Below are positions 49,090-59,122 of a stretch of 64,000 nucleotides of DNA, one piece after another. The position numbers and the translations under genes are program-made. Under the pieces are notes generated by a model that saw nothing but the letters and a program-made list of their open reading frames with translations, searched no databases and had not been told where the DNA came from. Source of the stretch: an uncultured Clostridium sp. (GTDB lineage Bacteria; Bacillota_I; Bacilli_A; RF39; UBA660); assembly GCA_947427095.1 (NCBI GenBank), contig CANEGO010000005.1:15021-79020 (forward strand), written 5' to 3'. Within the stretch, counting starts at the first letter, position 1. Every line of letters begins with the position of its first letter.

Positions 49090-49608
49090 CTAAATAAAAT
49101 CCTCTTTAACTTCTTCTTCAATTGCTTTTTCTACCGTTTCTTCATCATCGTCTATTGTATCCCATGGTTCCTCTTCTTCTAGGGTTGCTATTTTTACCTT
49201 TTCATCGTTAACAACTTCTATACCCAATTCTTTTTCAATATCAAACTCTATTACATCATCTTTTACATTGACATTACTACAGCTTGGCTGTTTAAGTGCC
49301 CTGACAATTATATCGCTTCCAGAAAGTGAAGTTCCCGCCTTTGTTTTAACATTAACGCTTTCACTATATGATATACGTTTGCTAGCAACAGCGGTTTTTT
49401 TGTCATCATCGTATGAATACCATATGTTAATATCGAAATTTCCATCAATAATTACTTTATCACCACTTACGGTACCTTTAAACTCATGATTAATTACCCA
49501 ACAACCTAATATTGTATTAGCATTATTTTCTGCTAAAAGATTATAACTATTTTTAAAATACTTTTTACCTTTTCCTATAACCGCTTTGGTAACTATTTCT
49601 TTAAACAT
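49090..49608 (-). CDS. cotE: Outer spore coat morphogenetic protein CotE-like
   Basis: EIVTKAVIGKGKK, ILGCWVINH, DINIWYSY and LKQPSC motifs track B. subtilis CotE (from memory). Acidic C-terminus. A CATAgatTA sigma-K-like -10 lies upstream. Confidence 0.7.
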   Translation of the reverse strand: MFKEIVTKAVIGKGKKYFKNSYNLLAENNANTILGCWVINHEFKGTVSGDKVIIDGNFDINIWYSYDDDKKTAVASKRISYSESVNVKTKAGTSLSGSDIIVRALKQPSCSNVNVKDDVIEFDIEKELGIEVVNDEKVKIATLEEEEPWDTIDDDEETVEKAIEEEVKEDFI

Positions 49609-49670
49609 TAGAATCCCCTCCTCGTTTTAATCTATGCTAATTAACTAAAAAAAGTGCTAATTTTAGCACT

Positions 49671-50087
49671 TTATTTTTCAGATTCTAATTTTTCTAATAC
49701 CTTCTTTGTTGCATCTATTGCCTTTTGTTTTAAAATTTCAGCTGCATCTTGAGCTACTGGAGTAGCTTTTTCCTTCGTGTAAGCAACTAATTCTTCAGCG
49801 TTTTTTTTCAAATCAGAAGCTTTTTTCTTAGCGATTTTTAATACTTTTTCTTTATCTAAATCCTTAAGTTCTTCCATTATGTTATTAACTTTTTTCTCAA
49901 TGGTATCCCTTACTTCTTTTACGTCAATTTCTTTTACCTTTTCAATCAAATCATTTGCTTTTTCTTTAAGTTCTTTTCTAGTTTCTTTACCCGATTTAGG
50001 TGCAAATAAAAGGCCAATTACAGCTCCTATAGCGGCTCCTAAAACGAACTTCCCAGTATTTTTTTTCTTCATATTTTTTTTACTCAT
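49671..50087 (-). CDS. YtxH-like protein
   Basis: N-terminal GAAIGAVIGLLFAPKSGKETR motif. Confidence 0.7.
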   Translation of the reverse strand: MSKKNMKKKNTGKFVLGAAIGAVIGLLFAPKSGKETRKELKEKANDLIEKVKEIDVKEVRDTIEKKVNNIMEELKDLDKEKVLKIAKKKASDLKKNAEELVAYTKEKATPVAQDAAEILKQKAIDATKKVLEKLESEK

Positions 50088-50391
50088 ATTCCTCTTCCTC
50101 CTGTTCTTCCTTTTCGATTTTCTTTTTTCTTTTTTTAAAAATACCTCTTATAAATAGTATTATTGAATCTGATATCACTTCGGTTAATGCCGATAATTTA
50201 TCAGTCACAGAATCGACGATGTTAAAAATTCCATTAAGTGATTTCACCTTGTCATCTACATCATCAACGATTCCTTCAACCCTATTCATGGTTTTAATTA
50301 CTTTAACACATATTACAATAAGTAAAATAATCAAAATACATAATAGTATATAAATCAAAATCGGTAAATATTCATTTAAAAAGCCTTGCAC
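50080..50391 (-). CDS. DUF948 (YtxG-like) membrane protein
   Basis: N-terminal TM helix followed by a coiled-coil. Pairs with the ytxH-like gene as in B. subtilis ytxGH. Confidence 0.6.
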   Translation of the reverse strand: MQGFLNEYLPILIYILLCILIILLIVICVKVIKTMNRVEGIVDDVDDKVKSLNGIFNIVDSVTDKLSALTEVISDSIILFIRGIFKKRKKKIEKEEQEEEEYE

Positions 50392-51302
50392 TATTCTTCA
50401 CTTCCCTCTTTTTGATACATTGAATCAATTAAATTAAATAAATCTTGCTCTTTGGTGTCATCATCGTCATCATCATCTAAATCTTTAGAAACTTCTTTTT
50501 CTTTTAATAAATCATTTTTCAAATCCTTTGTACGTTCTTTATCAACGTCTATTTCCTTGAAGTTTACGTTTGGTAAAATCATGTCATCATCGTCATCTTT
50601 CTCTTCCTCGCGAATAACAACCGGTTTTTGAGTATTAACTTTTTTTGCTTTATCTTTTGTTCTAGAAAGTTCCTTTTCTTCTTGCTCCATGTCTTTTTCT
50701 GCTTCTTCTATTGTCTTTTTACTTAAGCGTTTCATTGTATCTTCTAATTCCTTATCCAACGAACCATACGCTTTTTTTCTAACAATATCAAGTGACATTT
50801 CATCATCATATTTATTCTTCTCATTTTTTTTCGAATCATTCTTGATTTTATTGCCTTCTTTGTCTAACAAACCATATATAGGCGATATTATAGGACTAGG
50901 TTTAAATTTTTTAGTTTCTTCCTTACGTTTACTGCCTTGATATAATATTGGTTTTACTTCCTCATTAGTAGGTTTAATAATAGGTTCTGGTTTTGATCTA
51001 GTAACCATGAAATCGTCATCATCAAACTCTGGAAATTTAAATTCTTTTTCGCTTTTAAGCGTTCTTGACTTGATTTCGCTAGCTTCAGTAACCTTAGGTT
51101 CCGAAACATCTTCAAAGTATAATTCCTCTATTTCTTGAGTTTTTGACAAATCATCATCATTTTCAATTTCAACTTCCTTTTTATTTTCCTTTTTGAAAGA
51201 AAGTTTAGGAGTTTTTTTAACTTCTTTTTCTTCATCTTCCTCATCAAATAAGAAACTCTTCATTTTGTTTAACTTACTTTTTAATCCCATAAGAACATTC
51301 AC
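50391..51302 (-). CDS. Acidic low-complexity (D/E/K-rich) hypothetical protein
   Basis: 303-aa ORF with DDDDDD runs. Confidence 0.5.
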   Translation of the reverse strand: MNVLMGLKSKLNKMKSFLFDEEDEEKEVKKTPKLSFKKENKKEVEIENDDDLSKTQEIEELYFEDVSEPKVTEASEIKSRTLKSEKEFKFPEFDDDDFMVTRSKPEPIIKPTNEEVKPILYQGSKRKEETKKFKPSPIISPIYGLLDKEGNKIKNDSKKNEKNKYDDEMSLDIVRKKAYGSLDKELEDTMKRLSKKTIEEAEKDMEQEEKELSRTKDKAKKVNTQKPVVIREEEKDDDDDMILPNVNFKEIDVDKERTKDLKNDLLKEKEVSKDLDDDDDDDTKEQDLFNLIDSMYQKEGSEE

Positions 51303-51314
51303 ACCTTTCTCTTA

Positions 51315-52052
51315 CTAAGCTTCTGAAGTTTTATCATTTTTAGTACTATCAGTTGTTTTAACATTCGTGCTGCTAGTTGTTGTTTCTTCTTTTTTTTCTT
51401 CTATGATAATTTCTTCTTCTTTGGTTTCATCGGTACCGCCATCATATTTATCAAATTCCTTAATGTACTCAAGGAAATTTCCTTCTTTTTCCTTATTATC
51501 AAAAAGCTTATATACTTCTTCTTTAGAATCAAAATTTCCAGACTCATACATCTTTTTTAACAAAGAATCATTAAAATTAGTACTAGATAAAATATAACTA
51601 ATATCCATAATAGCTAGATTTAAATCGGATTCTTTTACATACGTTTCTATTTTAGCATAATTATACTTCATTTGAACATATAATTTATCTTTCTTTTTTT
51701 CGATTGTTATATATCCTTCTTTTCCATTATTACTAATTTTACGAAAAAAATAGGAATTATTATTAACTTCATAATCAATTTTAGACTTATAATAATAACT
51801 TACAACATCAACGTATAAATAATATTTATTATCGCCTCTTTTTAAGACATCATTATAATCTTCAGAATCTATTCTAACTACCCCGCGTGGCGCATAATAC
51901 TTATAACCTTTTCCAACTTTATTGTAAGTATTTATGTCCAGAGATAGTATTTTATCCATTATTTTTTCATAATTGTAATTATCAACTCGGGTTATGGTGC
52001 AACCTGATAATAAAATTAAAACTGAAAGTATCAATAAAAATTTTTTCAACAA
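51315..52052 (-). CDS. Lipoprotein, function unknown
   Basis: Signal peptide with an LLSGC lipobox. Confidence 0.6.
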   Translation of the reverse strand: MLKKFLLILSVLILLSGCTITRVDNYNYEKIMDKILSLDINTYNKVGKGYKYYAPRGVVRIDSEDYNDVLKRGDNKYYLYVDVVSYYYKSKIDYEVNNNSYFFRKISNNGKEGYITIEKKKDKLYVQMKYNYAKIETYVKESDLNLAIMDISYILSSTNFNDSLLKKMYESGNFDSKEEVYKLFDNKEKEGNFLEYIKEFDKYDGGTDETKEEEIIIEEKKEETTTSSTNVKTTDSTKNDKTSEA

Positions 52053-52115
52053 TCCTTCACCTACTTTAAAAATATTATAACAAAAAAAGGTAAAAAATAA
52101 AACCTTTTGATGGTA

Positions 52116-53303
52116 TTAGCGATATAAAACGTTTATGTCAACGAATGTATCAATACCATCTATCTTACCATTTTGGCATAATTGCCACATTAAAAAAGGC
52201 TTATCATAATCAGTATTTTTAGTGTAATGAGCTAACCAGACATCATAATTATTATATTTCCACACACTATTTAAATAATTTTTACTACCATATAACATAA
52301 CGTCATATCCTTCTTTTTTAATGATTTTTAAAAATTCATTTGATATTTCGTTTAAACCAAACAAGCTAATTTCCATTTGATTAAAATAAGAATAACACTC
52401 CCAGTCTAGTGCAACTGGTAAGGTAATATTATAAGGTTTTATATTTTGAACAACCCATTTAGCTTGTTTTTTTGCTTCTTTTAAACTATTAGCATATGAG
52501 TAAAAATAAACTCCTACCTTTAATCCACTATCCGTAGCAGATTTAATATTCTCCTTAAAATAAGGGTCAATAACATACTTTCCGTTAATACCGTCTTGCG
52601 TTCCTAACCTAATCATAACAAAATCAGATCCAGCAGCCTTGACCTTTTCAAAATCTATTTTACCTTGCCATTTGGAAACATCTATGCCAATTAAAGTATT
52701 ATCATTTTTATAGTTTTCTAAAAAATAATTAAAATCAGTAAAAGACTTTAAAGACGTATTTTCACTGCGTTCTTCATCATACACAACAAGAGTAAATTTA
52801 ACGTTTTTTTGATTATTACTACTATCTATAGCAACATAATCAAGATTATAATTTCCAGTCTTTGTAAGATCATACTCTCCTTTTATCTTACAATTAGGCC
52901 TATTATCATAATTATCAGCGCACATTATCTTTTCATCTAGATTATCGTCACTGTTAACTTTTATAAAGTATCTTTCATTTAACCATATAATTGGAGCCTC
53001 ATCATCAATAACTTTGATTTTAAAGGTGCCCCTTCTTTTTTTCCCTTTATAATTTAAATATATAAAAGAAATTTCTTTTGTACCTAAAATTTTAGTATCT
53101 ATTTTATCACTGTTTATTATTTTTAAATCTTTATCAACAATAAAATCATTTACCGTAACCTTATCAAAAACATTACAATACAAATCTTCTTTTAACGTAA
53201 AGCCACTATTATCATCTACTATTTTATTATCAAAATAAATGATTAATATAACTACTAACAAAGATATAAAAATCGCAGTAAAAAAAACTATTTTTTTATT
53301 CAT
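52116..53303 (-). CDS. GH25 family lysozyme/muramidase with N-terminal TM anchor and Ig-like domain
   Basis: GIDVSKWQGKIDFEKVKAAGSDFVMIRLG GH25 signature. Confidence 0.8.
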   Translation of the reverse strand: MNKKIVFFTAIFISLLVVILIIYFDNKIVDDNSGFTLKEDLYCNVFDKVTVNDFIVDKDLKIINSDKIDTKILGTKEISFIYLNYKGKKRRGTFKIKVIDDEAPIIWLNERYFIKVNSDDNLDEKIMCADNYDNRPNCKIKGEYDLTKTGNYNLDYVAIDSSNNQKNVKFTLVVYDEERSENTSLKSFTDFNYFLENYKNDNTLIGIDVSKWQGKIDFEKVKAAGSDFVMIRLGTQDGINGKYVIDPYFKENIKSATDSGLKVGVYFYSYANSLKEAKKQAKWVVQNIKPYNITLPVALDWECYSYFNQMEISLFGLNEISNEFLKIIKKEGYDVMLYGSKNYLNSVWKYNNYDVWLAHYTKNTDYDKPFLMWQLCQNGKIDGIDTFVDINVLYR

Positions 53304-53322
53304 AAAACACCTTTTAAATAAA

Positions 53323-53958
53323 TTATTTGTCCTTATAAGCTTCTAACCTGCAAATCTTAACACCTTTATCATTAAATTTCTTTTCATACTCGGTTGCAAC
53401 GTTACCTTCTATCATATTATCATATAAATCAAGCGTAACATTTTTCAAGGTATATCCATAAAGACTTAATGCTTCTATCGAGAAAGCAAATAGATTAATA
53501 TTATCAGTTTTTTGTATTATCACCTTTTTTTCCTTAAACACATCATCATATTTACATAAAAACTCATAACTGGTAAGTCTCCTTTTAGCGTGGCGTTTTT
53601 TTGGCCATGGATCAGAAAAGTTAAGGTATATGGTATCTATTTCTTTTTCAAATGCCTCATTAATATAATTAGCATCCATCCTAATTAATCTTAAATTAGG
53701 AATATATTTATCATCCAGCTTTTGAACAGCCCGTGCCATAACACTATCGAACATTTCTATTCCAATATAATTGATATCTGGATTTTGGATTGCCATACCT
53801 ATTATAAAATCACCTTTTCCCATGCCTATTTCAATTTTTATGGGATTGTTATTTTTAAATTCCTTATCCCATTTGCCTTTGTTATTTTTAAAATCTTTAA
53901 TAACGTATTTAGATTCATTTATAATATTTGAAGCATTTTTAACGTTTTTTAGTCTCAA
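53323..53958 (-). CDS. trmB: tRNA (guanine46-N7)-methyltransferase
   Basis: TrmB motifs (IEIGMGKG, DPWPKKRH). Start moved to a TTG with AGGTGA 5 nt upstream; the track's GTG start lies inside the SD. Confidence 0.85.
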   Translation of the reverse strand: MRLKNVKNASNIINESKYVIKDFKNNKGKWDKEFKNNNPIKIEIGMGKGDFIIGMAIQNPDINYIGIEMFDSVMARAVQKLDDKYIPNLRLIRMDANYINEAFEKEIDTIYLNFSDPWPKKRHAKRRLTSYEFLCKYDDVFKEKKVIIQKTDNINLFAFSIEALSLYGYTLKNVTLDLYDNMIEGNVATEYEKKFNDKGVKICRLEAYKDK

Positions 53959-54042
53959 AATAATCACCTAGCTATAATTATACACCAAAACGGGCAAGAA
54001 ACATATAATTAAATGAAAGCTAATTTACAGGAGGACATAAAT

Positions 54043-54357
54043 ATGAAAAGTGATAGAAACAACTTAGGCTCTCAAATGATGCCTTTTAACCCAATGATGG
54101 GCATGCCAACCAACATGATGATGTTCCCAAATTTTATGAATGATAACTACTCTAACTTAGATAGCAGAATAAACACATTAGAAAAAAAAGTAAAAGTTTT
54201 AGAAAATAGAATATCAAGACTAGAAAACCCATACCAAAATACAAATAACCAAAACTACCCACAATCTGGGGCAAACACGCAAAACCAAAATAGCGGTGTT
54301 CCATATCAAACAACCCAAAACAATACCGGATATAATGGTGAAATGTACATGATGTAA
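54043..54357 (+). CDS. Met-rich / Q-N-rich low-complexity protein with central coiled-coil (possible coat or matrix protein)
   Basis: AGGAGG SD. Translates to MMPFNPMMGMPTNMMMFPNFM...LEKKVKVLENRISRLE...NQNYPQSGANTQNQN. Confidence 0.5.
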   Translation: MKSDRNNLGSQMMPFNPMMGMPTNMMMFPNFMNDNYSNLDSRINTLEKKVKVLENRISRLENPYQNTNNQNYPQSGANTQNQNSGVPYQTTQNNTGYNGEMYMM

Positions 54358-54381
54358 AAAAGTCTACACAAGTAGACTTTT

Positions 54382-55200
54382 TTATTTTGAATAATTACCA
54401 TCGTTTAAGGATGTACTTACTTTTTTATATTCATCTATTAAGTTTTGAGGAATATACCTTTCAAGTGCATCAACGTTACCATTTTGAAATTCATTTATCA
54501 AATAAGTTTTTTGTCTATCATTAAGATTTGCTCTATTAATTTCATCAACAATCATATCCGTGATACTATTTAACCCATTTTCTTCATAATTTTTCATATT
54601 ATTTTTTATCCAGTCATTAGCAACCTTGTTTGCATAAACACTGATTACTGCTCCAGGAACGCTTGATATCATCTTTAATTCTTTTGACATCTCGTCTAAT
54701 ATCTGTTCTAGACTTCTTTTAGTAACATAAGTTCTTGTACCATTTTTCGAACTAAAAATATAAACATGTTTATTATCAAAATAATCGGATAAGATTATTT
54801 TAGCAAACTTAACAACTTCACTTTTATCTTTAGGATTAAATTTTGCTTGATAATAAGAAAGCGTTTTTTGCATTACCTCATTAAATGAATTAATTTCATT
54901 TTTTGATTTCAAATAATCATCAATTAAAACATCAGATATTTTATCAAGTAAAACTTCATAACTTAAATATTGCTTTCCTTTATAAATTCTGCTACTTGCT
55001 ATTTCCATAATTTCTTCATTAATTTTACTAATCCCTTTTTCTTTAACATATCTGCTAGTAATTGAATTATCCTCTTTTCCAACATAAGCTTGCCCAAGAA
55101 AATATCTTAGCATACCTCTAAGTTCTTGTTTTTCATTAAAGCCACAAGAATCTAAGTCCAGTTTTAAAGCTTCATATAAATTATTTGGCATATAAATCAC
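54382..55200 (-). CDS. Hypothetical protein
   Basis: 272-aa ORF. Confidence 0.5.
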   Translation of the reverse strand: MIYMPNNLYEALKLDLDSCGFNEKQELRGMLRYFLGQAYVGKEDNSITSRYVKEKGISKINEEIMEIASSRIYKGKQYLSYEVLLDKISDVLIDDYLKSKNEINSFNEVMQKTLSYYQAKFNPKDKSEVVKFAKIILSDYFDNKHVYIFSSKNGTRTYVTKRSLEQILDEMSKELKMISSVPGAVISVYANKVANDWIKNNMKNYEENGLNSITDMIVDEINRANLNDRQKTYLINEFQNGNVDALERYIPQNLIDEYKKVSTSLNDGNYSK

Positions 55201-55283
55201 TCCTTATAACTAATATAACATGTAAAACTTAATTTTTTTGTTATTTTAAAGTTTATAAACAAAAAAGCAAAGTATTTTAACAC

Positions 55284-56918
55284 CTACTTTACTTTTTTTG
55301 ACTTTCTAAATAAATTATCACCAAAAATATTACTGAAAGCACCATTTTTAATGGTAATACCAAAATATATAATAGCACCAACAATAGTATATAGCAAAAT
55401 AGTTATAATAGACGTAAGTCTATTAGTTAAATTAAATGGTAAAAATACTTTCATTACAATTAACACAATTATCATTATTAAAAGTGGATAAATAAATTTT
55501 ATCATCTTTTTTAAATATTCTTTTAAATCTAAACCAACCGTTTTATTAATTACTACTAAATTAGTTATAACAGACGTTGATAGACCTATTAAAGTAGCTA
55601 GTGTTGATCCCCAGAAAGGATATAAACCTAAAGCATTAAATAAATGCATCATTGGTATTTGAAGCACTAATTTAACTATAATACCTGCTATTATACTTAA
55701 AAATACGTTTTTGAACTTATTTAATGATTGTGCAATTGATATAGATGTTGTAAACATGCATCTAAATAGTGCTATAAAGATAGTAAAACAAAATACCTTT
55801 GGTCCCCATGTGCTTGCTCCGTAAAACGCGTTAAATACAGGGCCTGCTAAAATAGATAAACCTACTGCCATTGGCATAGTTACATAAAGTAACATTAAAA
55901 ACGATTGGTTAACTTTTTTCTTAACGTCTTTTTTATCTCCTTTAACAAAGCTTGCGGTAATATTTGGAACCAAACTTGTCATTAACCCAGTTGATATTGC
56001 AAGAACAACACTATTTAATTTATTTCCCGTTGTATTAATAACGCCTAATACACTTTCGGCGTCTTTAGTTTTAAATCCTAAATCAGTAAGAGTACCAATA
56101 ATGGTTGTCATATCAATGTAATCATATACTGATAAAGCAAGTCCAAATGATATAAAAGGGACTGAATAAATAAGTAATTTCTTTATTATAGCTTTGTTAC
56201 TTATTTTCTTTTCTTCTTTTTTTATTTCTTCATCTTTAGTTTCTTTTATAATATCTTTCTTATTTTTCTTTATCTTAATGAGCAAATAAGAAAGGGCAAC
56301 AATAGCTCCTACGGTAGCGCCAAAAACAGCAACCCCAATTGCGTTTGTAACGCCTACGTTAAATACTCTCATGCATAAGTAACTACCGATTAGAATAACT
56401 GCTATTCTAACTACTTGTTCTATTACCTGGCTAACAGACGATGGCGTCATAAACTTATGGCCTTGTAAGTATCCTTTTGTAACACTTAAAAGCGGAACAA
56501 CTAAAATTGCCGTTGATATAATTCTAATTACAAAAGTAATACTTTCTTTAGAGTTTCCACCAGTATTATTACCCATTATTTGATGTGCTATAAAAGGTGC
56601 CCCTACAAACATTACCATAAATAAAACTATACCTAGTACTACAAGTAACCTTTTGCCTAATTTATAAGCTCTTTCTTTTGTATCGTAATATCCAAGAGTA
56701 TTATACTCGCTAATTAACTTACTCATCGCAGGTGGAATACCTACCGTTGATAATGATAAAAATAAATTATAAATAGTATATGCATAACCATATAAAGCAA
56801 TATTAGCTTCTCCTATTATCGCATAAAATGGTATTACGTATATAATTCCTAAAAACTTAGTTGTAACAATACCTATGGTTGAAATTAAAGCTCCGTTTAT
56901 AAAACTATTTTTTTTCAT
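55284..56918 (-). CDS. MOP-superfamily flippase (MurJ/YtgP/SpoVB-like polysaccharide biosynthesis protein)
   Basis: 544 aa, ~14 TM helices, Wzx/MurJ-like. Confidence 0.8.
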   Translation of the reverse strand: MKKNSFINGALISTIGIVTTKFLGIIYVIPFYAIIGEANIALYGYAYTIYNLFLSLSTVGIPPAMSKLISEYNTLGYYDTKERAYKLGKRLLVVLGIVLFMVMFVGAPFIAHQIMGNNTGGNSKESITFVIRIISTAILVVPLLSVTKGYLQGHKFMTPSSVSQVIEQVVRIAVILIGSYLCMRVFNVGVTNAIGVAVFGATVGAIVALSYLLIKIKKNKKDIIKETKDEEIKKEEKKISNKAIIKKLLIYSVPFISFGLALSVYDYIDMTTIIGTLTDLGFKTKDAESVLGVINTTGNKLNSVVLAISTGLMTSLVPNITASFVKGDKKDVKKKVNQSFLMLLYVTMPMAVGLSILAGPVFNAFYGASTWGPKVFCFTIFIALFRCMFTTSISIAQSLNKFKNVFLSIIAGIIVKLVLQIPMMHLFNALGLYPFWGSTLATLIGLSTSVITNLVVINKTVGLDLKEYLKKMIKFIYPLLIMIIVLIVMKVFLPFNLTNRLTSIITILLYTIVGAIIYFGITIKNGAFSNIFGDNLFRKSKKVK

Positions 56919-56923
56919 TTATA

Positions 56924-57097
56924 TCATCCTTTATTTATATATATTATCATTGCCGAAAAACAATATAATTGTTCTTCCCCGCAAGTTGCTATTGATACTT
57001 GATATTTTATATCAACTATTTCTTTATCCGCAATAAAATCATTAACTGATTCCTCTAAATCCCTTTCATGATCACAATCAAAAACTTTAACTCTCAT
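56924..57097 (-). CDS. Cse60-like sporulation peptide
   Basis: MRVKVFDCDHERDLEESVNDFIADKEIVDIKYQVSIATCGEEQLYCFSAMIIYINKG matches the Cse60 pattern as recalled. GGGTGA SD present. Confidence 0.5.
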   Translation of the reverse strand: MRVKVFDCDHERDLEESVNDFIADKEIVDIKYQVSIATCGEEQLYCFSAMIIYINKG

Positions 57098-57345
57098 ATT
57101 ATCACCCATGTTAATAATACAAAAATAAAGGTAATTAAATTGTCTTCTTTTATTATTATATCAAATTATTTATATTTTTTAAATTTCAATATGTATTTAT
57201 TGTAAACAAAAAGATTGCCGAAAAAACAGCAACCTATTTTTTATAAGAACTTTCTTTATATAAACCATTCATATCAAATATATAATCTAAATAATAACCT
57301 TGAAAAAATACGTTCAAATAAATTATCGCTAAAATAATGAAAGTC

Positions 57346-58677
57346 TTACTTTTTAATATCTTTAATTTTTGATTTTCTTTTAACCAGAAGAATTATTATT
57401 AGCAATGTAATTATAATTGCAATTCCTACTAATGAACCTATAACATATGGGTTTAATTTATTACTATTATTTTTTTTCAATATATCTTTAGTTTCAGATA
57501 CCTTAAGCTCTGAGGCTGCTAAAACATATTCAGAACAATGATCTATATCAAAAGCTGCGTATCCATCATCATCAACTACTACATAATAATCTTTATCATC
57601 ACTAGATAAATTCATTTTATCTAATTTTTTCTTTTCTTTATTGTAATAGAATAAATTAAGTTTTTTCCCCTTTTTAAATTTATCTCCAACATAAATACTT
57701 ACTTTAGCAGTTCCACCTAATTTTCCTTCATGTTTAAAAGATATAAATTTCAATTTATCATTAAGATCTTTTTTCTTATATTCAAATAATTCTACTATTT
57801 CATCTTCATATGAAGAATTATCTAATTCTATTTTTGTATCATAATTTATATCTATCGCATCACCATTTTCATCAAATAGTGTCCAACTATATTTAAGATT
57901 GTTTTTTTGATCATACTCAGCATAAAAATTATTAATATTCTCACTAATCAAATTATTATCTTCATTATCTTTATTAGTAAAATTAGAATTAGCAGAAATT
58001 ACGTTATTATTTTCTCCTAAATCAATTTTTTCATCCTCAATAATAATAATAGACATCTTAGTTTTTTTTAAATCAATTACTGGATTTAGATTTTGTATAT
58101 CAGATACACAATATTCTCCCTTTTGTTCTAGTCCATTTAATGAATCGACAATGGCCATTCCACCTCCTACGGATGGTTCACCCTTAAGGGTTCCTGAAAG
58201 TGGTGCAGTAGAAGAAAAAACTTCTAAATAACCATAATTTCTAAAATAATAATCACTTTCATTACTAGTTAAAGTATATCCGCAATCAGTAGCTTCATGA
58301 TTTAGTTGCATGAAATATGCTCCTTCTTTAGATGGGGCATGATAATCTATATTAGCTTGTAACAATGAATAAACATTATCATATTTTTCCGTAAAAAGCT
58401 TATTTATGTCGCTTCTTTTTACTGATAAATAAAATACGTCACTAGCATCATCATACCTTGCTGATACATTTTTTATTATTTTTGCATCATTACTATACCC
58501 GCTTTGATTAATATTAAAATGTACTTCAACAGATGCATATAAAGTTTTTCCTTTATAATTAAACGGAGTTTTATTTTCTATTTTATTACTATCGTTAGAC
58601 CTAGACGCTGATATAACGGGTATAGATATAAAAAATATAAATAAAACCAAAACTAATTGTAATACTCTTTTTTTCAT
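57346..58677 (-). CDS. Secreted, C-terminally membrane-anchored surface protein, function unknown
   Basis: N-terminal signal peptide and a C-terminal TM helix followed by KRKSKIKDIKK. Confidence 0.6.
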   Translation of the reverse strand: MKKRVLQLVLVLFIFFISIPVISASRSNDSNKIENKTPFNYKGKTLYASVEVHFNINQSGYSNDAKIIKNVSARYDDASDVFYLSVKRSDINKLFTEKYDNVYSLLQANIDYHAPSKEGAYFMQLNHEATDCGYTLTSNESDYYFRNYGYLEVFSSTAPLSGTLKGEPSVGGGMAIVDSLNGLEQKGEYCVSDIQNLNPVIDLKKTKMSIIIIEDEKIDLGENNNVISANSNFTNKDNEDNNLISENINNFYAEYDQKNNLKYSWTLFDENGDAIDINYDTKIELDNSSYEDEIVELFEYKKKDLNDKLKFISFKHEGKLGGTAKVSIYVGDKFKKGKKLNLFYYNKEKKKLDKMNLSSDDKDYYVVVDDDGYAAFDIDHCSEYVLAASELKVSETKDILKKNNSNKLNPYVIGSLVGIAIIITLLIIILLVKRKSKIKDIKK

Positions 58678-59057
58678 TTTCTTACTCCTCCTACTTTAAT
58701 AATAACATATTTTATAAAATTTAAATAACAAAATTACATTTTAAACTTTTTACAATTGACATCTATTAATCTCCTTATAATTATTCTATCTTTTTCATCT
58801 ATTTTCTTTTAAAAACTATAAACAAAATTTTCATATTTAAAATCCACAATAAAGAAATCTTCTTTGTTTCTAATCCCTGTTAAGTATCATTAATCAAAGC
58901 AGCACAATGTTCTTTATTATCTTGAACAACAAGTATAGCGTCTGTATAAATATCCTTTAATATTAAGAAGTACTCATAACAATATTCATTAGTAAAACAC
59001 CCAAATATATCATCCTAAAAATAATTAGATAAACATTTATTTATGTTAATAATGGTT

Positions 59058-59100
59058 AAAAGAACCGACAAAAAAATCACCATAATATTTTATGATGATT
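59058..59100 (-). terminator. Terminator downstream of parC
   Basis: AUCAUCAUAAaauAUUAUGGUGAUUUUUUUG read on the minus strand. Confidence 0.5.
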
Positions 59101-59122
59101 TTTTATATGAAATTATTTTTAA

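Noticed and set aside
49609-49670. Sigma-K-like -10 (CATAgatTA) upstream of the cotE-like gene
   Set aside because: Only a -10-like match and no convincing -35 'AC' element; too weak to list as a feature on its own.
56951-57230. Two copies of ATTGCCGAAAAA(A)CA flanking the Cse60-like gene
   Set aside because: Only 13-14 nt, and one copy lies inside the coding sequence (encoding CFSAM). Judged coincidental rather than a repeat element.
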